Assembly (NCBI GenBank): GCA_965217775.1
Contig: CBDCJH010000002.1
Coordinates: forward strand, 4,320,001 to 4,384,000
Direction of reading: 5' to 3'
DNA length: 64,000 bases
Source of the DNA: Acidobacteriota bacterium
GTDB lineage: Bacteria > Acidobacteriota > UBA6911 > RPQK01 > JAJDTT01
Program-made: the position numbers and the translations under genes
The notes under the pieces: model-generated
The model's database searches: none
The model's input: the letters and a program-made list of their open reading frames with translations, nothing else
Told to the model about the DNA's origin: nothing
In this document: piece after piece, positions 9,231 through 19,700 of the stretch
Numbering within the stretch: the stretch's first letter is position 1
Layout of the letters: every line of letters starts with the position of its first letter

Positions 9231-11644
9231 TGCGAACTCACGCCGGCTGCCTGACACTCAGTCTATTGCTCCAGGTTCCCGGGTTCCCGGCCGGGGAACA
9301 CGCCGCCGGACTGGAATTCTCGCCCTCCCCCATCGTCTATCAGGTCAGCCCCCTGGGAGCCCAGGTCGGCACAACTACCTGGATAACCGTGGAGGGAATC
9401 AACCTGGAGGAATCGCCTCGCCTCATCTTCGGCCGGAAGGGGGTCGAGGCCACTGTCACGGGGATCGAACCGGCTCCCAATCGTCCCTATCGAACCCCCC
9501 GGCAACGGGTCCGGATTCGGCTGGACGTCGATTCCGGGGCGGAGATCGGAAGCCATGGATTCCGGATGAAGACCGTCTACGGCACCAGCAACTGGGTGCG
9601 CTTCGCTCTGGGAGCGCTGCCCCAGATCGAAGCCATGGAGCCTGCGGAGAAACACCCGGACGGCAGGGAGATCGCGCTTCCCGTCACCGTCGAGGGGCGG
9701 CTCGACCGGGGAACCCGGGGAGACGTTTTCCGCTTCCGGGCCGAGTCGGGACAGGAACTGGTTTTCCGGGTGGAAGCGTCCTCCCTGGGATCGCGGCTGG
9801 ACTCGGTGCTGGAGCTCAGGGACGGCGAGGGCCGGGTTCTGGCCGGAAACGACAACTTCTTCCCCGGGAGCGTGGACTCGGTATTGGCCTACAGCTTTCC
9901 ACGGGACGGCGAGTACCGGATTCGCATTTCCGACCGGGGGGGACGGGGCGGCCGCGCTTTCGCCTATCGTCTGACCCTGGGCGAGCTCCCCTTCCTGACG
10001 GGCGTCTTCCCCCTCGGGTTGCGCCGGGGGAGCCGGGAAGAGCTGGCCGTCACCGGCCACAACCTGGGAGACCGGAAAACGATCCGATGGGACGATCTCC
10101 CTCCGGACTCGGGGAAGGACACTCTCCAGGTCCGGCTCCGAACCCCTCTGGGGGCGAGCCTCAACACCCTGCCCGTGGCTCTGGGAGATACTCCGGAGGT
10201 GCTGGAGGAGGAACCCAACGACAGGGCGCCAACAGCGCAGTCCCTCCCGGTTCCGGTGACGGTGAACGGCCGCACCCGCGCTCGCGGCGACCAGGACTTG
10301 TTCTCTTTTTCGGCTCGCCGGGGCGAGGCCCTGGTCCTGGAGGTCCGGGCCCGCCGCCTCTGGTCTCCTCTGGACTCGGTTCTCCAGGTGCTGGACGAGG
10401 AGGAGCGGCCGGTTCCCGGGGCCGTCCTGGAAGTGTTGTCCGAGGACTTCCACGACGGCAGGTTGAACGCGAGCAATCTCTTGCTGAACCGCTTCGGATT
10501 GAAGGACGACACCCGCTACTACCCTCTGGATTACGTTCTCCTGGACCGGAGGGAGCTGATCCGGCTGGAACGCTCCATTCGGCGGGCGGACCATTTTTCG
10601 GTCGCCCAGGGCATCCTGGGAAAGCGTATCAGCTGGCTGGGGACGGATCCTCAGAACCACCCCGTCAACGGAAGCGTCCACAAGGTCCTGGTGCGAGACC
10701 CCGGCACTCCCGTGAACGAGGAACTCTATCCTGCCGTGACCCTTCCCTACCGGAACGACGACGGCGGACCTCTGAGGGGAAAAGACTCCTATCTCCTGTT
10801 CCGGGCTCCGAAAGACGGAACCTACTTGGCCCACTTGAGCGACCTGGGCGGTGCGGGAGATCCTCGGCATGCATACCGCCTCACCATCCGGCGGGCCAAA
10901 CCCGACTTCCGGCTCTTTCTGGACGACGGATATCTGCTCTATATAGACGGGCGGGCCACCGGAGCTCGAAACCCCAACGTCCCCCGGGGAGGAAGCGTGC
11001 CACTGACCGTTGCGGCGGCCCGCATGGAGGGGTTCGAGGGTCCCGTTCGGGTCCGGGTGGTGGATCTGCCTCCGGGATTTCGCGCCACCGAGGGGCTGAT
11101 CCGGCCTCGGGAGATGGTCACCACCCTGGTTCTCTCAGCCCAGGAAACCGCTCAGGAGCCGGACGAACCGGTACGACTCCGGGTGGTGGGAGAGGCGGTC
11201 ATCGGCGGGCGGACCGTCAGCCGAGTCGCCGCCGACCCGGCGGAGCCCCTGAATCTGGTCTCCCTGGCGCCCAGCCCTCCGATCGTTCCCCGGATCGAGC
11301 CGCCCAACCCGGTCATCCGGCCCGGCGAGAACATCCGGTTGACCATTCACATTCAGCGGAATCACGGCTTCCGTCTGGACGTACCCTTCATCCTCCAGAA
11401 CCGGCCGGCCGGAATCTGGGTCGAGGACAGCGGTTCCAGCGGAATCGTGATCTCGAAGGACGAGACGAGCCGGACGCTGTCGCTGAGAGCGGATCCCTGG
11501 GTCGAGCCCATGACCTTTCCGCTTCTGGCCGTGGGGCGGATCAAGAGCGAGGCGGTTCGCAGGCGAAGGAGTGGGGCCAAAGTGGAGTCGGCCGATTACA
11601 CAACCCTGCCTCTACTGGTCAGGGTGGCGCCCCGGGCGGAGTGA
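9230..11644 (+). CDS. PPC (pre-peptidase C-terminal) repeat protein
   Basis: Repeated GSRLDSVLEL/WSPLDSVLQV, EEEPND, YRLT motifs; usual partner of DUF1501-DUF1549 operons. Confidence 0.8.
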   Translation: MRTHAGCLTLSLLLQVPGFPAGEHAAGLEFSPSPIVYQVSPLGAQVGTTTWITVEGINLEESPRLIFGRKGVEATVTGIEPAPNRPYRTPRQRVRIRLDVDSGAEIGSHGFRMKTVYGTSNWVRFALGALPQIEAMEPAEKHPDGREIALPVTVEGRLDRGTRGDVFRFRAESGQELVFRVEASSLGSRLDSVLELRDGEGRVLAGNDNFFPGSVDSVLAYSFPRDGEYRIRISDRGGRGGRAFAYRLTLGELPFLTGVFPLGLRRGSREELAVTGHNLGDRKTIRWDDLPPDSGKDTLQVRLRTPLGASLNTLPVALGDTPEVLEEEPNDRAPTAQSLPVPVTVNGRTRARGDQDLFSFSARRGEALVLEVRARRLWSPLDSVLQVLDEEERPVPGAVLEVLSEDFHDGRLNASNLLLNRFGLKDDTRYYPLDYVLLDRRELIRLERSIRRADHFSVAQGILGKRISWLGTDPQNHPVNGSVHKVLVRDPGTPVNEELYPAVTLPYRNDDGGPLRGKDSYLLFRAPKDGTYLAHLSDLGGAGDPRHAYRLTIRRAKPDFRLFLDDGYLLYIDGRATGARNPNVPRGGSVPLTVAAARMEGFEGPVRVRVVDLPPGFRATEGLIRPREMVTTLVLSAQETAQEPDEPVRLRVVGEAVIGGRTVSRVAADPAEPLNLVSLAPSPPIVPRIEPPNPVIRPGENIRLTIHIQRNHGFRLDVPFILQNRPAGIWVEDSGSSGIVISKDETSRTLSLRADPWVEPMTFPLLAVGRIKSEAVRRRRSGAKVESADYTTLPLLVRVAPRAE

Positions 11645-11663
11645 TGCGGTCCGGAAATCGCAT

Positions 11664-11725
11664 TAACAGCCCGTGGCAAAAGTCATCGCGGCATTCGACC
11701 GGGTCTGCATCCCGGCAGACTGTTA
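11664..11725 (+). mobile_element. Internally deleted copy (62 bp) of the 164-bp MITE-like element
   Basis: TAACAGCCCGTGGCAAAAGTC...GACTGTTA with TTAA at both ends; matches the start of 47011-47174. Confidence 0.75.
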
Positions 11726-12346
11726 AAAACCGATGGTCCGGTTTCCGGGCAGCAGAACCTGGCCGCCGATGAGCCGGTTGCCGCTCTTCTTGCTTTTCAG
11801 ATAGAAGAAACCTTCCACGGTCTGGCCCGGACCCACGTTGGCCGCCTGGATCTCGTACCGGTTCAACAACTCCCGGAGTTCCTTCACCTTGCCTACGTGG
11901 ATGATGCCCGGGCCGCCCCCGCCACCGATCGTGGTCCTCCTCTCCCCGTAAGGACGCCGGCGGGGACTGAAGACGGGTCCGCCGGCTGAGGTCCGCAGGT
12001 TGACACCCCGGCCGCCGCCACCACCCTGATAGTACTTGACCATCTTGGGAGTGAGCTCGGCGGCGCTGACGCGTTTGAGGGTCTTCCCCTTGGGATCGTG
12101 GACCGTCATCCGTTCAGGGTCCAACGAGAAACCGGCGGTGGAAGCGTTCCGGACCTGAACCCGCACCACGGCAAAACCCTCATGGAACACCTGGTAGGGG
12201 AAGTCGTCCGGAAGATCTCTCCGGACCATGGAGGCGGCCGAAACGAAGATCCCCTTCTCGATCTCCATCTCGTCCGCCTGGGCCGTCCCGGACAGAAGGA
12301 AAAGGGCGGCGGCAAAGATCGTGCTGACGGACAGTGTCTTTCTCAT
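11723..12346 (-). CDS. Hypothetical exported protein
   Basis: Signal peptide MRKTLS...TAQA after a GGAGG RBS; Gly-rich middle; no recognised family. Confidence 0.7.
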   Translation of the reverse strand: MRKTLSVSTIFAAALFLLSGTAQADEMEIEKGIFVSAASMVRRDLPDDFPYQVFHEGFAVVRVQVRNASTAGFSLDPERMTVHDPKGKTLKRVSAAELTPKMVKYYQGGGGGRGVNLRTSAGGPVFSPRRRPYGERRTTIGGGGGPGIIHVGKVKELRELLNRYEIQAANVGPGQTVEGFFYLKSKKSGNRLIGGQVLLPGNRTIGF

Positions 12347-12351
12347 GGCAT

Positions 12352-13518
12352 CTATTCCTCCACTGTCAATCGGGCGCAACGGATGTGGGTGATGCAGGCC
12401 TGGGTGCACCACCAACTGGCCAGGAGGTCTCCTCCCGGCAGACGAACCAGATTAGGCTTGCCGAAGGCAATGTTGTCGTGACTGGCCGGATACTCCGGCT
12501 TGCGGTCGACGCCCAGGAACTCCTGCCCCACGGCGTCCCAGACCATCACCTGGTGCTCCAGGTCCCAGGTCCGGCCCCCGTCCTCGCTCAGGGTCACCAG
12601 GACACCCGGCTTCATCCTCTCCCGAATCGAGTAGGCCGCTGCCAGGACACCCTCTCCCAGATCGGCGGCCCAACTGGTCTGGGCCGGAATCGTCGTGGAC
12701 AGGGGGTTCTCCCAGCGGGTTCCCGTGGTGTCGGAGCTGACGAAATGGAGCGGATAGTTCTCCTGTCCGCCGATGCTCTGGGTCCATTGAAGGGCACAGA
12801 TGCGGCCGTCCAACATCCGGCTGTAGCGGCTGTGAGAGTACATCCGGGACGGGTCGGAAGCACTGGGAAAATCGATCTGCTCACCCCAAGTCGACCCGCC
12901 GTCCCTCGAGAACAGGGCAGAGCCCTTGATGTGCAGGGGAGACGTGTCGTCCCACGATTTCCAGCGCTCCAACGCCAGGAACAGGGAACCGTCATGGAGT
13001 TCGATCACACTGGACGGAGCGTCCGCCACTCCCACGCCTCCCACTTCGATCACCTGGGGAGGAGACCAGGTCCGGCCCAGGTCCGTGGACCGAAACAGCA
13101 CCAGCTCGAAGGGTTTCAGACCTCCGGTCTCGGGATTGAACCGGAACATCTGATCCTGCGTGGCTCGAAACCGGTGGGCCACCAGGAGCAGCGTCCCGTT
13201 CCGGAGGAGCGTCCCATGGGGGGCGCTGTAGGAATGGGGCGTGCTCTCCTGTTTCGGGTCCCAGAGATCCCCCTCCTCGACCCAGGTCTCGCCGCCGTCC
13301 CGGGAACGGAGCACGGCCAGCCTTCCGTCCAGGGAGTAGAACGCCTGGCCCAACCGGTAAAAACAGAGCAGTTCCCGTTCCGAGATGGGGACCACGTTGG
13401 GGAGATAGGCACAGACGGCTTGATGTCCGGGATGAGGATTACGGTAGAGAATGGATTCGGAAACGATTCTCAGCCGTCTCACCCCAACACTATGACCGAG
13501 AGGGAGTATTGGGGTCAA
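12352..13518 (-). CDS. Sialidase-like BNR/Asp-box repeat protein
   Basis: Asp boxes SRDGGETW, STDLGRTW, SRDGGSTW, SEDGGRTW; start uncertain. Confidence 0.85.
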   Translation of the reverse strand: MTPILPLGHSVGVRRLRIVSESILYRNPHPGHQAVCAYLPNVVPISERELLCFYRLGQAFYSLDGRLAVLRSRDGGETWVEEGDLWDPKQESTPHSYSAPHGTLLRNGTLLLVAHRFRATQDQMFRFNPETGGLKPFELVLFRSTDLGRTWSPPQVIEVGGVGVADAPSSVIELHDGSLFLALERWKSWDDTSPLHIKGSALFSRDGGSTWGEQIDFPSASDPSRMYSHSRYSRMLDGRICALQWTQSIGGQENYPLHFVSSDTTGTRWENPLSTTIPAQTSWAADLGEGVLAAAYSIRERMKPGVLVTLSEDGGRTWDLEHQVMVWDAVGQEFLGVDRKPEYPASHDNIAFGKPNLVRLPGGDLLASWWCTQACITHIRCARLTVEE

Positions 13519-13591
13519 CGATGGGCTGGGACTCCATCAACGAGGACTGCCGGCAACCCGATCGGAAGGCTTCCCCATGCAGGGGTGCAAC

Positions 13592-13631
13592 TTCATATCC
13601 CCTCAATAAGATTCATATCCCCTCAATAAGA
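13592..13631. repeat. Exact 20-bp tandem duplication
   Basis: TTCATATCCCCTCAATAAGA x2. Confidence 0.9.
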
Positions 13632-13720
13632 AAAGACCCGCGCGGGACTGAAACCAGAAGGTGAGTTGAGTAGAATGAACCCCGGTTGGCTCTTCCTCCG
13701 GCGCAGGGCGAGTCAGCTTA

Positions 13721-13754
13721 GAGCCTGCCGGGCGCCCAAGCGTCCGGCGGGCTC
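13721..13754. terminator. Possible terminator hairpin downstream of the adhesin gene
   Basis: GAGCCTGCCGGGCGC-CCAA-GCGTCCGGCGGGCTC, 15-bp stem with two G:T pairs; no clear U tract. Confidence 0.35.
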
Positions 13755-13783
13755 GCTTCCAAGCTCGCCCGACTCAAGGACCG

Positions 13784-16700
13784 TCACCAGGAACCGCCAG
13801 CCGGCCGTGGCCCCAGCCCCGGACCGCCGAGCATTGAGCCGGGGCCCATGAGACCGTTTCGATAGAGAGGATTGTAGGAGCGGTCGCCGAGATCCATCTC
13901 GAGTTGCAAGCGGATGTTGGGTCCGAACTGCAGGCGCCATCCCAGCAGATAGCTCTGGGCTCCGGTTCCGGAGCCCACCAGCGACATGTCGGCATAGGGA
14001 GCCATCAGCAACCGGCCGCCGAGCACCCGCATCCGGTAGTCCACTTCCGCAGTCAAGGGTGCATCCATGCCGGCGAAGCCGTTCCGATTCAAGCTCGCCG
14101 CCGACTGGGACCAGAAGCGGTTCGTTCCGGTGGGCGCCGTCCCCAAGGACGAGACCATCCGCACGGCGAGGCCCCGGCCCGCGACCCCTGGGTCGTACTC
14201 GATCATCCCGCCGACTCCCCACTCCCGGTAGCCGTCGTCCTGGTGCGCCATCAGCCGCCTCGCGCTCACGGAGACCGTCAGACCCCGATCCGGGTTGAGA
14301 TAGCTCAGATTTGCTCCCACCTCCAGGCCCATCCCGGTCTCTGCCGCTCCAGCGTCACGCCGAATCCCGAAGTCCACCGCTCCCCCCACCAGGCCGCCCG
14401 CCCAGGCGTACCTGCAGTCACATGCCGCTTCCAGGAGGAGCCGCGTCCGGCTCGCATCCGCATCCGTGATCCGCGGACCGGCATTCGCATCCAGGTCCAT
14501 CCCCACCCAGAACGTATCCGTCTTCAACGCCAGCTCGAGCCCGTTCTTGTCTTCCGGCTTCAGCAGCGACCCACGGGCCCCGACCGCCCCCATCGTCATC
14601 CCGATATCATGCCGGGCAGAGCCGGTTGCACCGGTCGCTCCCATCTCTCCGCGTCCGTATCCGAACAGGCCCCAGGTGAACAATCGTTCCTCCAGGTCCA
14701 CCCGAAGATAGGGGTAGACACTGGTCAGAGATGCCGACAATTCCGAATCCAGAGACTGGAGCCGCTGGCCCCTGCCAGCGAAGGCGTCCCCATCCCCCTC
14801 ACTGCGGGATACCGCCAAGCCGGCCAGGATACGTCCGCGTGTGTAATCGACGCCGGCCAGGCCGGTCAGCACTCCGCCGTCCAGAGACAGATCCGTGTTC
14901 CAGCCGGAAAACTGAGTCGTCACGCCGCGGCCCCAAGCCGTCCATCTCGCTCCCTGATCGTTTCCGGTCCGGTCCCCGTCCCCCGACGTCAGGTGGAACG
15001 AGCTGGTGGACAGTAGATTGCGCCCACCCAGGCGCCGAAACCCGAATTGGGTTCCTTCCAAGGTCCCCCCATAAAGACCGAGAGATTCACCGGCCCGGCC
15101 GGGCGAGCCCGGCGCTCCCAGTCCGCCACCGGCCATGAGCGGCTGGCTTCCGAAGAAGAGGTCCGAATCATGGCGGCGATTGCCCGCCTCATTCTCGACC
15201 GCCAACCTCAACTGCCGTCCCCCGACCGTCACCTGCGGTGGCCGGTACGGCGATCCGGTCAGTCGTTTGCTGACCGCTTCCACCACTTGAGTCGCGACCG
15301 TCCGCCCGAAGCGGGTGAGCCACGCCTTGAACACGATGCCTTCGTCGTCCTCGATCACTCCCGTCGCCGTACTCTGGCCCAAGGTCCCGTTCACGGCGCG
15401 GCCCAGCGTCACCGTGAAGGTCTCGTCCTCTTCCAGGAGCACGTCGTCCAGGAGAAGCACGCGAATAGACTCGGTTGTCCGCCCCGGAGGGAAGTTCACA
15501 ATACCGCTGGCCCCCCGGTAGTCCTCGTTCGATCTCGCCGTCCCGTCGGAAGTCGTCCATTCCACCGTCACCAAATGATCGCTGGGTCCAGCCAGCGTTA
15601 TCGGAAAGACGATCTCTCCCGCGATCTCCAGCGCCCGTGCACTTTCGATCCCGATGGCGGGCGGACGGTCGTTGTCGGTCACCACGACGACGGCTTTGCC
15701 GGGATCCTGGATGGAATAGTCATCACTCTCGACCAGAACCGCCTCCACCGTGCCGTCGGCTTCGTCCCGCTCATCGTCCACCGTCGCGATTCGCAGAACC
15801 GCCGCCGACTCTCCAGCACCGAAGCTCACCGTGTTGGGCGGCGTCTCCGCGAGGAACGACCCTGTTGCATTGACGCGCACCGTCACAATCAGCGCACTCC
15901 GGAGATTGCCCGACCGAGTCAGATCGAACTGCACGTCCTCCCCCTCGTCCACCGACCCGGAAGCCGCGGAAATGCTCACCAACGGCAGGTCGTTGTCCAC
16001 GATGATGCCGGTCGCCTCGGACCTCTCCAAACTCCCGCCCCGCGGGTTGGACAGTTTCACCGTGAAGGTCTCGTCCGGTTCGACCGCGGTGTCGTCCAGC
16101 ACCGGAACCTTCGCCTCCTGGCGAGTCTCTCCGGGAGCGAAAACCAACTCGCCCTTACCAGCCGTATAGTCCTCGCCCGCCTTCGCCGTTCCGTCGGACG
16201 TCGCCCACTCGACCCGGACCGTCCGGCTGCTGGGGCCGTCCATGGTCACGGCAAAGGCGATCTCTTCGTCGCCCTCCATGACTTCCGCGTCCTCGATGGA
16301 CAACTCCGGGACGTCGTTTTCGATGATCGTCACCACCACGTTGGGTGCGGTCACATCTGTGTAGTCTCCGCCACTGACCGTGTGCGTCAGCGTCACGGGC
16401 GGGTCGTTCAACGCGTCCTCGTCCTCCGCCGCCATCACCGTCATTGGCTGCGACGTCGACCAGTTCGATGCCGTGAACGTCAACGATGCCGGCGATACCA
16501 TCAGGTCTCCTGTGACCCCTCCCACCGTCACCGTCACAGGTCCGGTCGGCTCCGTGTCCAACACCACGGTGTAGGTCTCGCTACTTCCCTCGGTGACCGA
16601 CAGTTCCGTTGGGGTCACCGTTACTCCGGGGATGTCGTTTTCGAGGATGGTTACCTCTACCTCGGCAGCGGTCACCCCGTCGTAGCCTCCGCCACTTGCC

Positions 16701-19700
16701 ATGTGCGTCAGCGTCACCGGCGCGTCCACAATCGAATCTTCGTCCTCCGCCGCCGACACCGTCACCAGCTTCCGGGTGGACCAGTTCGACCTGGTGAAAC
16801 TCAGCGTCTCCGGAGACACCGTCAGGTCTCCCGCCGCGCCTTCCACCGTCACCGTCACCGGCCCGGTCGGCTCCGCGTCCAGCACCACCGTGTAGGTCTC
16901 GCTACCTCCCTCGAGCACCTCCAGCGCCTCCGGCGCCACCGTCACCCCAACGAAATCGTTCTCGATGACGGTCACCTCCACGTCCGCTGCCGTCACTCCG
17001 TCGTAGCCCCCACCGCTCACCTCGTGGGTCAGTGTCACCGCAGCATCCACCACCGCATCGTCGTCTTCCGCCGCCGACACCGTCACCGTCTGCGCCCTCG
17101 ACCAGTTCAACGTCGTGAACGTCAATTCCTCCGGCGCCACCGTCACGTCCTCCACCGCGCCGCCTACCGTCACCGTCACCGTCCCCTCCGGCTCCATGTC
17201 CAGCACTACCGAATAGGACTCGCTGCTTCCCTCGGTGACCTCCAGTTCCTCCGGAGTCACCGTCACCCCGGGGATGTCGTTTTCAAGGATGGTCACCTCG
17301 ACGTCGGGCGCTGCCACCCCGCCGTAGCCTCCGCCGCTTACCGTGTGGGTCAAGGTCACCGGCGCATCCACTATCGAATCCTCGTCCTCCGCCGCCGACA
17401 CCGTCACCGTCTGCGCCCTCGACCAGTTCAACGTCGTGAACGTCAATTCCTCCGGCGCCACCGTCACGTCTCCGGCCGCGCCTCCCACGGTCACCGTTAC
17501 CGGACCGGTCGGCTCCGTGTCCAACACCACCGTGTAGATCTCGCTACTTCCCTCGCGCACCTCCAGCGCCTCCGGCGCCACCGTCACCCCAACGATGTCG
17601 TTCTCGATGATCGTCACCTCCACGTCCGCTGCCGTCACCCCGTCGTAGCCTCCGCCGCTTACCGTGTGGGTCAAGGTCACCGGCGCGTCCACTATCGAAT
17701 CCTCGTCCTCCGCCGCCGACACCGTCACCGTCTGCGCCCTCGACCAGTTCAACGTCGTGAACGTCAATTCCTCCGGCGCCACCGTCACGTCCTCCACCGC
17801 GCCGCCTACCGTCACCGTCACCGTCCCCTCGGGCTCCAAGTCCAGAACTACCGTGTAGGACCCGCTGCTTCCCTCGGCGACCTCCAGTTCCTCCGGAGTC
17901 ACCGTCACCCCGGGGATGTCGTTTTCAAGGATGGTCACCTCCACGTCGGACGCTGCCACCCCGTTGTAGCCTCCGCCGCTTACCGTGTGCGTCAAGGTCA
18001 CCGGCGCGTCCACGATCGAATCCTCGTCCTCCGCCGCCGACACCGTCACCGTCTGTCTGGCCGACCAGTTCAAGGTCGTGAACGTCAATTCCTCCGGCGC
18101 CACTGTCAGGTCTCCCGCCGCGCCTTCCACCGTCACCGTCACCGGTCCGGTCGGCTCCGACTCCAGGACCACGGTGTAGGTCTCGCTGCCTCCCTCCAGG
18201 ACCTCCAGCGCCACCGGAGTGATTCGCACCCCGCGATTGTCTTCTTCGATGGACACGTCGGCGGTGACTCGAGTCCCAGGATTCACACCTGAGGGCAACG
18301 TCCCAAAGCCCAGCGTGACCCTCTCGGTTCCCTCGGTCACGTCGTCGGCCACGGCCCGAAAGGTGAACGTCGCCACCGTCTGGCCCGCGTCGAACACGAC
18401 GTTCTCCGGCACTCCCGAATAGTCATCATCGGTGGCGCCATCTTCGTTTTTCGCCGTCAGCGGGATCGTCAGAGCGCTGGCGGGTGACTGACGCAGGCGC
18501 ACCGTTACCTCCACCGATTCCCCCTCCTGCACGCGGTAATCGCTGGCGCCGAACGTCACCGTCTGGCTTCTCGCGGGCGGGGGCGGAGGAGGGGGCGGGG
18601 GGGGAGCCGGTCTTCTCACCGTGCCGGTCGGCAGACTGGTGAGCCTCTCCGCCACGCCGTCGTCGTCGGCGAAGCTCACCCGTACCTTCAGTTGGTTGCC
18701 CGCGTCCGCGCTGACCAAGCGGTAGGTGGAACCGTTGGCCCCGGAGATGTCGGTCTCGTTGCCGTTGTCCACGCGGATCCACTGGTAGTGGAACTGGACG
18801 TTGGTCAGGCCGTCCAGATCCTGGATATCGGTCGTGTGCGCCGTGAGGGTCCGTCCCACCAAGGTCGTGCCCGTGATGGTGGGCCGGCCGGTCGCCGGAC
18901 TGTTGTCTGGCGGCCGGTCGGTCTCGGTAATGGTCACCATCACCGTTCCGACCGTCCGACCCGAGTACTCGGATGCGCCGCTGACCGAATGCGACAACGT
19001 AGCGGAGTCCGGAGTCGAGTCGTCATCCTTCACCGCGGTCACACTCAGCGACTTTGGACTAGACCAGTCGGTGCGTGTGAAAGTGACACTTGGCGAGGTG
19101 AGGGTGACATTCCCCACGCCCGAAGAAATAATTGCGGACACCTCCACGTTGTCCGACGGCGGCGTGTTCAGAACCACGGTGTAGCTGCGGGTCTCACCTT
19201 CCGGGATCGCCAGCGCATTCGTCGACAGCGTCACGCCGGGCACATCGTTCTCGACGATGGTCACCGTCACATCCGGCACCGTCACGCTGCCGTAGCCGCC
19301 GTCGCTGAACTCGTGCTCAATCGCCACCCGTGGGTCCGTCGCCGCGTCGTCATCCTCCCTTGCACTCACCGTCACTGGCTTGGCGTTGGACCAGTTCGTC
19401 CGCGAAAACGTGAGCCGACGCGGGCTTATCGTCAGGTCCGGATTCACCGGATCGGTCGTCAGGTCGACCTTCACCGTCTTCCCCTCCGGTGGCTGAGTAT
19501 GGAGAACGACGGTGTAGGTTTCGCTCCCTCCTTCCGGCACGCTCAAGCTCTGCTTGGACACCGTCGCGCCCCGCGTGTCGTTATCCACGACCGTGACCTT
19601 CACCGATCCTCCGCGGATTCCGCTGTAGCCCCCACCGCTTGCGCCATGACTGAGTTCCACTTCGAAATTCTCCGCGTCGTCATCGTGAGCTGCCATCACT

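Noticed and set aside
11660-11729. TAAC...GTTA element as an integron attC site
   Set aside because: Other family members end TAGC/GCTA, there is no integron integrase, and there is no cassette array
15047-18292. 1081-aa His/Arg-rich plus-strand ORF
   Set aside because: Antisense shadow of the Val/Thr-rich adhesin repeats
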